Shown here: one piece after another, positions 1-11,788 of the stretch
How positions within the stretch are numbered: position 1 is the stretch's first letter
Layout of the letters: each line of letters opens with the position of its first letter
Source: Cirrosporium novae-zelandiae
Taxonomy: Eukaryota
DNA: 64,000 bases
Reading direction: 5' to 3'
Assembly (NCBI GenBank): GCA_026023565.1
Contig: JAPETS010000019.1
Coordinates: 186,001-250,000, forward strand
Program-made: the position numbers and the translations under genes
The notes under the pieces: model-generated
Told to the model about the DNA's origin: nothing
Seen by the model: the letters and a program-made list of their open reading frames with translations, nothing else
The model's database searches: none

Positions 1-583
1 ACCCACCCATACTACTTCCTGAAGCCACGATTCCGACCGCCAGTCCCCTCTTCTTGGAGAACCATTGGGATACAACAACCATTGCGGGAAGCGATATACC
101 TGCTGTTCCCAGACCAAATGCAACACCCTGTGCAAGCATAACTTGGTAATATTCTTTACAAAGGCTCAGCATGCAGAGAGCAAAAACTGCAAGGACTGAG
201 AATGGTATAGTGATGGGACGTGGCCCATAGACATCGACAAGCTTTCCAATTATGGGGCCGAAGCAGAAGAGGAGGAATATCTGAAGGGTGGTAATCCAGG
301 CGAGGGACGAGGTAGACTGGTCCTTGAGAAGGACATCCTGGTAATAATACTGGAAGATGCCACAGCTTAAAAACATTAGAAGATGATGAAGGAGAGGGGG
401 GGGGCGAATGATTACTAACGCATTGACATAGCCAAAAGTTCCGAATTGCATAAGGAAACCGGCGAGTACACATAGCCAGGCCTTGTATCCTCTATCTGGG
501 GGAACAAATGCATCGGTTTTTGTCGCTGTTTCGATGCTCGGGTCCTCTACTGGGTCATTGCTCATTCCTTCCTCATTCTTCAT
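1..583 (-). CDS. MFS monocarboxylate-porter (MCT/Mch-like) transporter, 5' part; runs off the left edge
   Basis: Manual translation, missed by the ORF track: ATG at 583, MKNEEG...PPDRGYKAWLCVLAGFLMQFGTFGYVNA, GT-AG intron 419..366, then CGIFQYYY...FGPIIGKLVDVYGPR...QGVAFGLG...SQWFSKKRGLAVGIVASGSSMGG. These are typical MCT-family motifs. Confidence 0.9.
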   Translation of the reverse strand, partial: MKNEEGMSNDPVEDPSIETATKTDAFVPPDRGYKAWLCVLAGFLMQFGTFGYVNALVIIRPPPLLHHLLMFLSCGIFQYYYQDVLLKDQSTSSLAWITTLQIFLLFCFGPIIGKLVDVYGPRPITIPFSVLAVFALCMLSLCKEYYQVMLAQGVAFGLGTAGISLPAMVVVSQWFSKKRGLAVGIVASGSSMGG

Positions 584-1839
584 ATTCACTGAAGTGGAGC
601 TGGGGGATGTTTCTTCGGCCATGGTTAAATAAAGACAAATATTCAACTAGAAATAGAAATCTATCGAGTGCAAGATATCTATACTTGACAGTGAAAAATA
701 TTAATAAATACTTGAAAAAGCAAGGGAATAATGAATGTGGGAGCATCGTAAAACACCTCCTAATCATATATATATAAAAGAAATATGAATCGGCAGTCTT
801 GTCAGGAGGTCGTCGGCCGATGCTCTCCAGAACTATAGAATAGAAAAGAATAGCTTTTAGCGTCCATCAGCATAATATCTCCAGAAAAGCAAGAGAAAAG
901 TCCAATTAGGCCGATAAGCGTAAGAAGAAACCAAGGATCGTAGTAGTTAATACCCATAATGATAGTCGTAGGAAGCATAATTGAGGTAATGAAATAAACC
1001 AGGGTGGGGATCCGTCGGGCGACGTCCTCGGCCGAGGCACTAAGTCCTAAGGATCGAGAAGGTATTCCTAGAACAATCTCATTTAATTAAAGACCTGGAA
1101 ATTATAGCCGTCAACTAATTCTTGGTGATAGAAAATATCTACGCAATCAGGATTAGGTCTCGGTAGGGAATGCTGTAGAGAATATTTATGTGATGTTGAA
1201 GATGGTATTAAAATATCAAGCAAGGAGTAGCCTAGCGCCTAAGTTTCTCCAAGCTAACGCCATCTACTTCGTCTAAGAAGATTCACAACTGTCCAGTTAC
1301 CTCTATATACCCCTTGCAGTTGCCACTAACCATCTCAGCTATGGCCAACCCTCACCATATTCATAGTTTGTACTAAATTCGATGAGCATAGCAGTCACTA
1401 TTCATAATCTCTAAATGAATCCTAGCGACAGTAGTGCTAAATTGAGTATAACACAAATCACACTCCACCAGACAACACCAACCGAATGGGTACGGTGGCT
1501 GGTTAGGATAAAACGCGGACCCTAGGTGATACACATGCCTCGTATACTTAAATCCTAGAGTAGAAGGCATATCCTCAACAAACCAGCAAACCTGTCATAT
1601 ATCAACCTATATCTTAGAGCACTTCTCCTGGTGATATATTTTCATGAGACCTTTCATGCATCTACGCACTATAGGACCAATATATTTTTCTTTAGAAAAG
1701 CAAGATTTATTAGTTGTATCTAGGGAGTTAAATGATAAAATCTGCTGAGCAAGTCAAGTGAGGGTTCACAAAACGAGCCGTACAACCAGGCTTCACCGTT
1801 TGAAAATAAATTCTATTGTCTTCATAGAGTCGGCTGCTA

Positions 1840-4770
1840 TTATGGCGGTGCCGTTTCAGATGAAACGTCAAAGTCCCAAATACCCTTGAATAAATTAGCG
1901 ATGGAGCAATAATAGTTTTTTGCTGGTTGAAAAGAGAATATCTCACCCATTGTTCAGATAAATCAACAAAGCTTAATCCATTAGTAGGAAAATCAAATTC
2001 CCTGGAAGTATTTAATACTGGGTCGGGACTGGGTACAAAATTGAGACTTGGTAAGGATTGTCCTATCCCCACATTGGGAAAATATCTAGTGAAGTTTTCA
2101 TTTTTCATTTCATCGTGATTGGTTGGTTCGGGTATAGGATGATTCTGATTTTGGATGCCCTGTACATTTATAGTGGTAGAATACCCCCCGTCCAAGGAGC
2201 CGTAATGCCTCGCTGTCGAATCTATCATGCGTTGGATGACAAACCAGATCTTGGTAGCATTCTTTACCCTGATGTCCTTGAAAGTTTTAAGAGCCCTTAG
2301 GCCTCGCTGCCTCAGTTCAGATGTCTCTGGAATCGCGAACACCGGGTTACGAATCTCCGACAGGACATACATGACGGCCTGAAGTGAAGAATGGGAGCGT
2401 ATATGCCATTGGAATGGCTCGGTGATCTTTTCTGAACAAGCAAAAATAAGACTTTCGAGGAGATAAATTGATTTAGTAAATATCCTACATGTTACGTTAG
2501 CATTGGACGCTTGAAAAGATTAAAACAGGAACGAAATTGATTATTTTTAGGCTAATTTGGTGTCGCTATGTGCTGATGTAGGGTGGATTTACTTACATCA
2601 CTCGAACCTCCCATGATATTACATTTTCACGACACGAACGCGGACATCTGGTCCAAAAGGTAATCCAGAGTCCCCATTCAATCAATTCTCCAAGGCCACG
2701 AGTTAGCTTCTGGACCATACTCTCGGAGCCACAATGCCGTATGTATAATCTTTCAACTCTGTCGTGAAGTTCAAATGCCAATAGCCTCGTCTGTTCGAAT
2801 AATTCCTGCGATTCATGTTGATATATTTTGCTTGGATATTGGTTGTTTGGCTCTTTTAGAGCTTTCATTTTACGTTCCAGTCGATAACAAGCATGTGCAG
2901 CTCTTCCCATGTATTGTATCCCGGTTAAACGAACTAGATGTTGAGTCATATCTGTGAATTTCTCCATGTGATGTACCGTAGAGGGATTCTGGTTAGGATG
3001 AAGATCTATATCATCAATATTAGTTGGTAGTAAAGTATCAAAATCATCAATGGATATGGTTGGTTCTTGGCCTAATGCTTGGGCTGCACGATAGTCTAGG
3101 TGGCATATTTGATGCCAAAGTCTTCGCCGAAGCTCTACATTGATTGCATCCATGGATTTTGATGAAAATAGTGTAGGTTCACGGTGGAGGCCCTGAGAAA
3201 GGGCGATTCGAATGGCAAGTCCAGAAAGGGACCACACTTTGCCCATATTATCGTCCTGGCACTGACAAGTCTATATTAAAATTAGTAGGCCCAATCCTAC
3301 AGACAGTTGAAGAAGTTTTTAGGAAAATTATAAGATTAAATAATGATTGATCTCTTGAAGGGATCACTTTGGGCCAAATATATCACCACATACTGAGGGT
3401 TCGGTGCCGGGAAGACAATAATGATAGATTTTATGCATAGTAATAGACAATATAGAATGGGAGATAAACGAGATGTGAATATAAGGCTGAAAACCCGACG
3501 ACTATGGCAGCTTATAGGTTCGAGTACGAAATGGAGATGCTTCCCACTAAAACCAAAAGATAAAGCTCAAACAAAGAAGTAGAAAGTTACCTACCAGTAA
3601 TATTACAAATGCCTGCAATACCTCAAGGGAAAAAGTCGTAAGAAGATTTGCTCGCTGTAAACTTAATTCTGTTCCTTCCTGAAATTTTTCTAGAAGCTGA
3701 GTCTGATCAGTTGAGAAGTGATCCATGGCTTGCTCTGCTGTCAAACTCTTTGTAGCAGCAAGAAGAACTGATAGTACAAGAGGTTCAAGATCAATTAAAT
3801 CCTTGTCGGCATTAGTATCAGCTAGAGGAGTTCCAGATGTTGTATATGGTGTAGCCCTTTCAATAAAAGTATTGAAGCGTGCGGTAAAAGTTGGTCGGTG
3901 GAGTAATCTCAACATAGGGTCTACATTGGCAAAGAATGTGTCTAGAAGGAAGAAACACTGTTCTGGTAGATCCGGGTAGAAGTAAACTGGGTCGTTCTCT
4001 CTTTCACCTCTTCCAAAAATCAATGGCAGGGAAGAATCTTGAGGAGGACTTTTATCTGAGGGAGTCCAAGCTTCTGATAAATTATCTTCATTATCGGCTT
4101 GATTCTGTATCAATGCTTTGATATCTTGAATCTATAGAAATTAGTATAAGAGTGTTCCATAATTGATTAAAGGAAATTAGATGCTAGGCGCAAAACTTAC
4201 CTGGTCTGCTAGTAATGCCCAGTGATTTGACATAACAAAATGAGATTTACTGCCTTCAAGTAGTAACGTCCCGTCATAGCCATCATCTGTTATTGCTTCC
4301 CGGTCGCTGTCCTCTGCCAACTGTGCAGCACGCAAATGATTTGGTCTTATGGGAACCGCTTCTGTTACAATGTCCGTAGAAGAGCTACCCGCCTCTTCAT
4401 TTTTATTATTGTGCTCGAGTTGTTGTAAAGAACCACCAGCTACACGTTCTATGAGCTCTTCCAGTCGTCCTAGCCGAGCATTTATTTCAGATTGTTCGTT
4501 TTGTTGGCGCTTTCGGCCTACACCACCTTTGGAAATTCTGGACGAGCTCGAAGCTGGTGAATTTATCTGGGTGGGACCTGCCAAACGAGCATTGCGATAG
4601 GAACATTGATGGTCGCCTCGGAGGCAGGCGGAACAGGTAGGATAACCATGATCACACTTTACTTTTCGTCGACGACAAACATCACAAGAATTAATAGGGC
4701 GTAATGGCGATTGGGGCTGTTCAGATGGTTTTCCGGATTGGGGAAGTGGGACGATGAGTGGCCGGTTCAT
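1840..4770 (-). CDS. Zn(II)2Cys6 transcription factor with fungal-specific TF middle domain (multi-exon)
   Basis: SCDVCRRRKVKCDHGYPTCSACLRGDHQCSY binuclear cluster; FFANVDPMLRLLHRPTF; AIRIALSQGLHREP...ELRRRLWHQICHLD. ATG at 4770 (the track's 4827 start is TTG). Inferred last exon GIWDFDVSSETAPP* ends at 1840. Some internal exon boundaries are approximate. Confidence 0.9.
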
Positions 4771-5796
4771 GGTGACGAAATCCAAGAGCTTTGGTGTTGA
4801 CGAATGAGAAAAAGAGGCATCGCTCAACTTTGCAGAGACGATCAGATAATAATTAAAATCAAAGATAAAGTACAGATTTATCTAGTTAGTACTTTAGTAG
4901 TTAAGTGGGGGGAGGAAGAATGGCGACATCATCCAAACAAGGCTGTAAACGTTACAGGTATTGACATGTACAGGCGTGACAGGCTAAAGTCTAAAGGAGG
5001 AATAATAATTTCGTAACCTATTGTGCCTATTATTCTGATTATTTCTTAACAATTCCACCACGATCCCTCTTAGTTATCTTCTGCTTTACATGGTACCAAC
5101 CACACGGTGCCAACAATAATATGTATCATTGTAGTTGACTTTAATAGCTTCGGATTTGACAGCTTTTCTCGTTGACCTGACCCGCTGTCCGCTGGGAAGT
5201 ATCTCCTTCTCCATTGTTTCCGCCCTCTTGTCATTCGTCGACTACCAAGTTTTGCTAACCCCTCAAGTCCTGAACCTTGCACAATCAAGATTCTCCCCAA
5301 GGTCTCCCCATGTCCAATCTTCGTTCAGATCCTTATGAACCTTGGGTTATACATGTGCGATGACGTCCTTGCTATTCCTCTAACTCTCGAAACGATGACT
5401 TCCTTCCCCTTCAGGCCCCTCTACCTTATCCTTTTGACCCCGAGGGATTACACATCTTCTATTTAAGAAGGTCCGAAGAGCCCTGTTTTCTGATTTCAAC
5501 TACACCTGTGTATACTTACTTCCTCGAACTTATTGTGAACATTCTTCATCATTATTATCCACCTGTGAATAAGTCCATTGAAGTATATAATTGACTTTTC
5601 GATTGATTTTTCCTCAAAACCTCGCACCCATTCGAGCAAATCGCCCATTATTAGATTTCAGTCCTTGGACATCAGCGTTTTGACGTCCTACTACCAACTT
5701 CGCCGGCCTCATCTCGAAAAAGGAAGAGCCGCTCAGTCTCCTCCAACTTCAAGGACCACAGGGCTCACCCAAAATTCATCTCCTCCAACTAGCATC

Positions 5797-6027
5797 ATGT
5801 GTTTCGGAGGTTCTGGCCATCGAGAGCCCGTCGTCCGCATAGTTCAGCGCCCGGCGACTCGCCCACGTCGTGCCTTTATGCACGAGCAGGTTGTCTTCAC
5901 TTCACCTCGACACTCTCGGTCATCGTACCATGAGACGGTGACAAGAAGGGGTGTTAGTCCGGTAGTTCACGTCCCGAGACGAAGTGGGGAACGATATGTC
6001 ATTAAGGAGAGGACCTACCGTCGATGA
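5797..6027 (+). CDS. Small Arg-rich hypothetical protein (76 aa, MCFGGSGHREPVVRIV...)
   Basis: First real ATG of the 5578..6027 frame is at 5797, in good context (catcATG) after a pyrimidine-rich leader; composition looks coding. No family recognised. Confidence 0.55.
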   Translation: MCFGGSGHREPVVRIVQRPATRPRRAFMHEQVVFTSPRHSRSSYHETVTRRGVSPVVHVPRRSGERYVIKERTYRR

Positions 6028-7195
6028 AGCTGCATTGTTCATAAACTTTCAATTCGAGATGAACCGTGAATGAGAATATGGATATGAGATAATAACTTGC
6101 TCTGAGTTTCTTTGGCCCTCAGAGCTCGGAGTTGGAGGCCATTGTGTATATCAGCATAATTTTATGACCCGAAATCAAACATACGTTCCTTAATATTAGC
6201 CTAGGATTGTCTGGACTAGATGTTTCTTCGAGTTTGGTAGACCATCAGACTGTCAAATCCACTTCGCGGAGGAAAACATTTTAGCTTAGTCGATACAGCA
6301 TCACCGGTCTGGATTCTCAACCCTGTATTTTAGAGAACTTGATGATGAAAGAATGAAATATTTTTGTGGGTTTCAATTCCTTAGGCTATAGTTAATATAA
6401 GGTTTTTCGCTCCGATAAACTCATATGTAAATGCAAAATAACATGCATTAGTTTTTCAACGTGGTTTCAAGTTGTTTGAGTCTCCAGGGGTTCAAATATC
6501 AAAGATTCCGTATGGAACGTTAGGAGAATATTTAGGGAGGCCCCTAAAACAATTAATTCCTGTATCACTCGGAGAAATTCAGAGTCGTTTATTGTACTAT
6601 ACAACCCACGAGGGTATGAGACCGAGATTGCCCTCTGTGAATTGCTTTGCGAGCTTCATCTTATTATGTTCAACGACAACAATTGGACTTCTCCGTAAAT
6701 TTATGGAGTTCAAATAATCAGTTCGTAAGAAAAACGTGTTGACTTGGGCAAACATGAAGGCTAATCGTATAGGTGTTGTAAAAATGGGAACTCGGTCAAG
6801 GGCAGGGCTAAAAAGTAACCTGCTATATAAATGTACAGCACAAAAGTACGAAGAAACAATAAAAGAATTCAAATCGGATTATCATTTTAATTTGATTTCT
6901 ATTGTAAACTGGCTTTGTTTGAAAGCCCTCAGGGCCTCTTTATATTATATAGTGTATATGCTATACCTATACAATACATATCTTGTAAAGTCGGAAGCCG
7001 GCGAGCCTTGGCCAATTGCGGATGTTGGAGGGAAAAACGCCAATGATGTCACCCGTCTACGCTGTCCTTGATCGTACCTACCACCCTACCTTCCCAGAAT
7101 TTCTCTTGTGAAAATCCCTTCGCAGCTTTATAAACTATCAGAAAATTGTTACTTGCTTAAAAGTTGACTACGATAATACCTAAAATTCCACTACC

Positions 7196-8271
7196 ATGTG
7201 AGTTCTAAAAGAAATCAGCCCTGGCGCGCCTGACGTTGTTATAGGAATCGGTCTCTATCAGTACGGTCAAACAAAGATGGGACAGGCGCAAAGGCCCCAA
7301 GACATCGCTTTACCATAACAACCCTTCGAGGAATGCAGCAGCCAGAGTTGAGCAAGAAGCTGTTTAAGATAATCAAAACGGAAAACCATGTCGTGGCGGC
7401 ACATGAGACTGCTGGTAGAGAGCGGGTGTCGGTCGCATCGCAGCTATCGGATTGGGGAGAATCAACTGGCGATGATGGCGTTTCGGATATTGCAGATAAA
7501 TTAGGCGTCATCCTATCGGAAGTTGGCGAACAAGAGTCCCTATTCGCCGAGAACCTCGAAGACTACCGTGCGGTGTTGAAGCAGATTAGGAATACGCAGA
7601 GTTCTGTCCAGCCGAGCCGAACCCACAAAGCGAAGGTCTCCGATGAGATACAGAAATTGAAGTATAAGGATCCGACCAATACGAAGCTTGTGCAGCTCGA
7701 ACAAGAGCTGGTAAGGGCGGAGGCGCAGAATCTAGTTGCTGAGGCTCAGTTGTCAAACATTGTATTATTCGATCCAACCTCTCTCAAAATGACTTGCTAA
7801 CATGTGCAGACACGTCAAAAACTTAAAGAAGCCTATGACGTCCAATTGCAGGCTATTATCGAGAGAGCAGAGAAGCAAATAATCCTAGCTCGCCATGGTC
7901 GTCGCCTGCTCAACCTCCTTGACGACAAGCCAGTTGTTCCGGGCGATTTTCGTCCCGCTTTTGATAATGGATCTGAGGCACGGCAGATCTTGAACGATGC
8001 TGAAGAAGATCTTCGAAGTTGGGAACCGAATTTTGAGCCCATCCAGAGTAACGCTGGCAATACAGGATCTGGCATCCCTAGTCCAGTGAACACTGCAGTA
8101 CCCGTTTCTACAGAGGCAGATGCCGGTCCAGCAAGTATTAAAAGCCCTGTCAGTCCTGATGGGAAGCATCAACCAGCGGAAAGTCCTTCTAGTTCGGTGA
8201 AGAGGGAGTCTGAACGGATACCGAGCGACAGCACTGCAGTTGAGCAGCCAATAGTGCCGGCCGCCGCATAG
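7196..8271 (+). CDS. Eisosome BAR-domain protein, Pil1/Lsp1 family (PilB/Meu14-like paralog)
   Basis: AT|intron 7198..7244|G gives MNRSLSVRS...QQPELSKKLFKIIKTEN; SDIADKLGVILSEVGEQE; LEQELVRAEAQNLVAEAQLSNI|intron 7762..7809|TRQKLKEAY...IERAEKQIILARHGRRLLNLLDD. Confidence 0.9.
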
Positions 8272-8777
8272 GCAGCAAGGACTTCACGAGGAAATAAGTT
8301 GTATTCATTATAATGCTCTGACTTTGGAATTGATGTTATCTCATGTTTAACGAAAGAATGATTTATGATTGTCTCATTAGCACAAATACCAACAATACAA
8401 TGAATAGAATTAATTAGCTTCATGGACTTCACCATAGAGTAAAAGTTGAAACAGGGGGCAGAAACCGAACCCTCAAATACCAGAGGTTCATTTTGCTCAG
8501 AAGCCTTCAAGATAATTAACATTTTCGAGGATTGGCTCTTTCTCCATGTACTGACAATCTCTATTTCTACCTGTTGTTACCACTTCTTGGCGAAGTCACG
8601 TGAATTTGTTACAGGCTGCAAAGCTTCGGTAATATGACGCGGAAGCTCAGTGTTTGGCCATCAAAAGCTCCTTACCATTGCTGTATCGAGCATATACATT
8701 TTTTTACTGAAACCCTTCTACTTTCATAATTCTCTTTCAGCAACTCTCTCCTGAATCATCAACTAAGAGATATCATC

Positions 8778-9790
8778 ATGGATACCCTAGTCGCTCAATA
8801 CAGCCAGCCAAAGCTCGAGGAATACTCAGAGGATCAAACAGAGCTTACACAAGAACTACCACCAATATCGCTGAATTTTGCTCTACCTCCCGTAGATCGT
8901 GTAAGATTCTCTCCTGTCTTCCTTTGGCAGTCTAGCTTCAATGAACTAAATTATTTGTAAACAGCCTTCAGCCTGGTTACGTGCAGTAACAGACGACCAT
9001 GCAAATCCTGAATGTCCAATCAAGCTTGCCCACGGTACAACTACACTCGCTTTCCGCTTCCAAGGTGGTATCATAGTTGCTACGGATTCAAGGGCAACAG
9101 CTGGGAATTGGATTGCTAGCCAAACTGTCAAGAAGGTTATTGAGATCAACAACTGTCTGCTAGGAACTATGGCTGGTGGTGCAGCTGTAAGCCTCATCCA
9201 TTTTGAATATAATTTGTCTGGGTGGCCGACTAATGGATTTAGGATTGTCAATATTGGTTAGCGTACCTCGGGATGCAATGCCGTCTACACGAGCTTCGCC
9301 ACAAACAACGAATTACCGTTTCTGCGGCGTCTAAGATCCTCGCAAACCTCGTTTACTCTTATAAAGGCATGGGTTTGAGTATGGGTACTATGTGTGCAGG
9401 TGTAACACCTCAAGAAGGACCTGCACTCTACTATATCGACTCGGATGGAACGCGATTAGCTGGAAATCTCTTCTGCGTTGGATCTGGACAAACATTTGCA
9501 TATGGTGTACTCGATGCAGAATATAAGTATGATCTGACGGAGAAGGAAGCCTTGGACCTTGGAAGTAGGAGTATCCTAGCGGCTACTCATCGGGATGCCT
9601 ACTCTGGTGGTTTCATTAACCTTTACCATGTGAAGGAAGACGGATGGGTCAAGCATGGCTTTAGCGTAAGTCCCGTTGACGAATCACGTCTGAACTTAAC
9701 TAACAGCTTTTTTAGGATACTGCTCCAATTTTCTGGAAAACTAAGCTAGAGAAGGGAGAATTCTCAAATGTCACCTCCCAATTAGATTAA
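8778..9790 (+). CDS. PRE2: 20S proteasome subunit beta5 (chymotrypsin-like)
   Basis: Propeptide then [67 protein letters not shown]. Three introns; last exon [24 protein letters not shown] ends at 9790. Confidence 0.97.
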
Positions 9791-10810
9791 TATCATGCTT
9801 GAGAGGATTGTCTTAAGTTATGGGTCTTATGCGCAAGAAGCTAGTTGACAGAGTATAGTTTCTAGACCTTATGATACTAGTTGAATGGCCGAATGCATTT
9901 CCCCGGTTCGTAATGATTTTCAACTGAGATAAGATGATGATTAAAACCATTCTGCTAAACTTGCCACTTTTCTACATCTGACCTACAACATAGGCTTCAA
10001 CAAGAAATCAACTAGTGGCCATATGAAAACGGAATTCAGAAAATATATACAGCTAAATCGAGTTTAATCAGGAAAGCTATCACCAGTTCCCACTTTTATC
10101 AGCTATTTTAGCTGATTCTACTTTGGTTTATAAGGGTTGGTGAAATGGTGTGTGTTTTAAGAAGTAGTTAAAGATGAAGGGTCAGCGAATTGAACATGAT
10201 ATAAACTAATGAGATATATGTGGATAAAGGAAGAACTTCCAGCACCATTTTGTGAGTTTGAAATATCAAAAAGGCGTCATAATCAAGTCTGATATTTTAT
10301 CTTTCCCAAATTTTCAATATACCGAGACAGCTGGGAGCGATGGATAAGACGGGGTATCTTTCTAATCTCTCCCAGTGTTTTACTCGCGTCATTAGCAGCA
10401 CAAGGGATTGTTTTCTAGTTCTAGACTTTATGCATGCTATCTTCACTCACATTTATTCCATTCACTAGATTTCATTCACTGGTTTCCAAATCTATAAGCA
10501 GTACATTTCGTTTTTCATTTTTCGTCTTGTTGGATATTCCAATTACGGTCTCTTGGTCTGCAATGGTCGGGTCATCCTTACCTCGCCTGAGATTCTTTGA
10601 CAGAGCAGCTTAACTATCTGAGTGATGCAATTCCAGAATTCGTAAGGAATATTCCTGCCAGCCAGATTAGATTCAGGTATCCTAGCCCTAGTTGAGGAGA
10701 TCTTTAAACAACTTCTCTGCAGTCTTCGATATCCTCTTAATCGACCTTGGTCTCTACGCTTCCTTTTTGGTGCTATATGTGTTGATTCAGGCAGTATAGA
10801 ACTCTCTACA

Positions 10811-11788
10811 ATGCCTACCGACTTTCGTTCAACCTCGGTTGGGAGTACCAGCTTAACCACCCCATCCTTTCAAGGTTCTCCTATAGTGCTACCCCGAACC
10901 TCATCACCACATAAAGCAGTCGAGCCTCATAATGATCAACTCTTCGCACAGTGGGCTGAGCTTTGCCAGAGGTTTGATACTCTTAGCCTGGATGAACTGA
11001 TAACCAAGGCAGAGTCAGTCCTAGCTAAGGAGAGTCGAAATGGTCCATGTATCTCGGAGACCACTAGTGAATGCCATTCTAGCCATCAGACTAATCGAGC
11101 CAGAAAGGATCAGTGGTCCCTTAAAAGTTCTATGCTGTCAGAGGGTCGAACGGAAAATCAGAATCTTAGGCAAGACTCCCACAATCTTCAATCTAATGAT
11201 ATCAATGCTTTCAGTCTTGAAGAATCAGCAAACAAAATACCCTTAGTATTCTCGCAAGAGACGCCAGCACGTGGAACAAGTTTTAAAGAGGACTTCTATA
11301 ACGATCAGTTTGGTGATTACTTGGGCTATTCTGGTAGCAATGGCCATACCACCATGTTTGAAGCCTTTCATGGAACTCTATCCACGAAAAAGAAAAAGAA
11401 CAAGCTAATCAGTGCATTTAGCGCTAGCGTACAAACAGAAGAATATCTAATAGGCGCAGAAACTCCAACCAATTACAAGCCCATGGCACTTGTAATCATC
11501 CCCTCGAACACCGACGAATCTTTATCCTCCGCTCAAATCCACAGCTTTCCAGGGATACCCAAATCCAACGTCGTGTGGGGGAAACGCAACGATAAGCCCA
11601 AACCCACCAAGGTCTCAATAGACGAATACAGGGCTATGCAACGCAGGGCAATAGCTCTGAAGCGCAACCTTGTGCCAACCGGGTCGTCTCGCTTAGAGAA
11701 GGAAGAAGAGGCGAGAAAGGAGAGGATTAGGAAGAAGATGGAGGCTTTAGGACTAGCGGACTCTAGGGGGGGAACAACGAGTAAGTAA
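10811..11788 (+). CDS. Hypothetical protein, 325 aa, charged helical C-terminus
   Basis: Long intronless ATG-initiated ORF; basic run KKKKNK; C-terminal RLEKEEEARKERIRKKMEALGL. No family recognised. Confidence 0.6.
   Translation: MPTDFRSTSVGSTSLTTPSFQGSPIVLPRTSSPHKAVEPHNDQLFAQWAELCQRFDTLSLDELITKAESVLAKESRNGPCISETTSECHSSHQTNRARKDQWSLKSSMLSEGRTENQNLRQDSHNLQSNDINAFSLEESANKIPLVFSQETPARGTSFKEDFYNDQFGDYLGYSGSNGHTTMFEAFHGTLSTKKKKNKLISAFSASVQTEEYLIGAETPTNYKPMALVIIPSNTDESLSSAQIHSFPGIPKSNVVWGKRNDKPKPTKVSIDEYRAMQRRAIALKRNLVPTGSSRLEKEEEARKERIRKKMEALGLADSRGGTTSK

Noticed and set aside
156..473. 105-aa minus-strand ORF
   Set aside because: Wrong frame of the spliced MCT transporter; it runs through the intron.
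1640..1680. Weak similarity among ~1640-1680, ~16690-16710 and ~53418-53470 (TATATTTTC..GAG..CTTT..CATGC / TAGGACC)
   Set aside because: May be an old repeat family, but matches are short and AT-rich and no boundaries could be defined by eye.
8595..8671. Proteasome promoter elements upstream of PRE2 (AGCTCC, GTCACGTGA)
   Set aside because: No canonical GGTGGCAAA PACE; isolated short motifs are not significant without comparative data.
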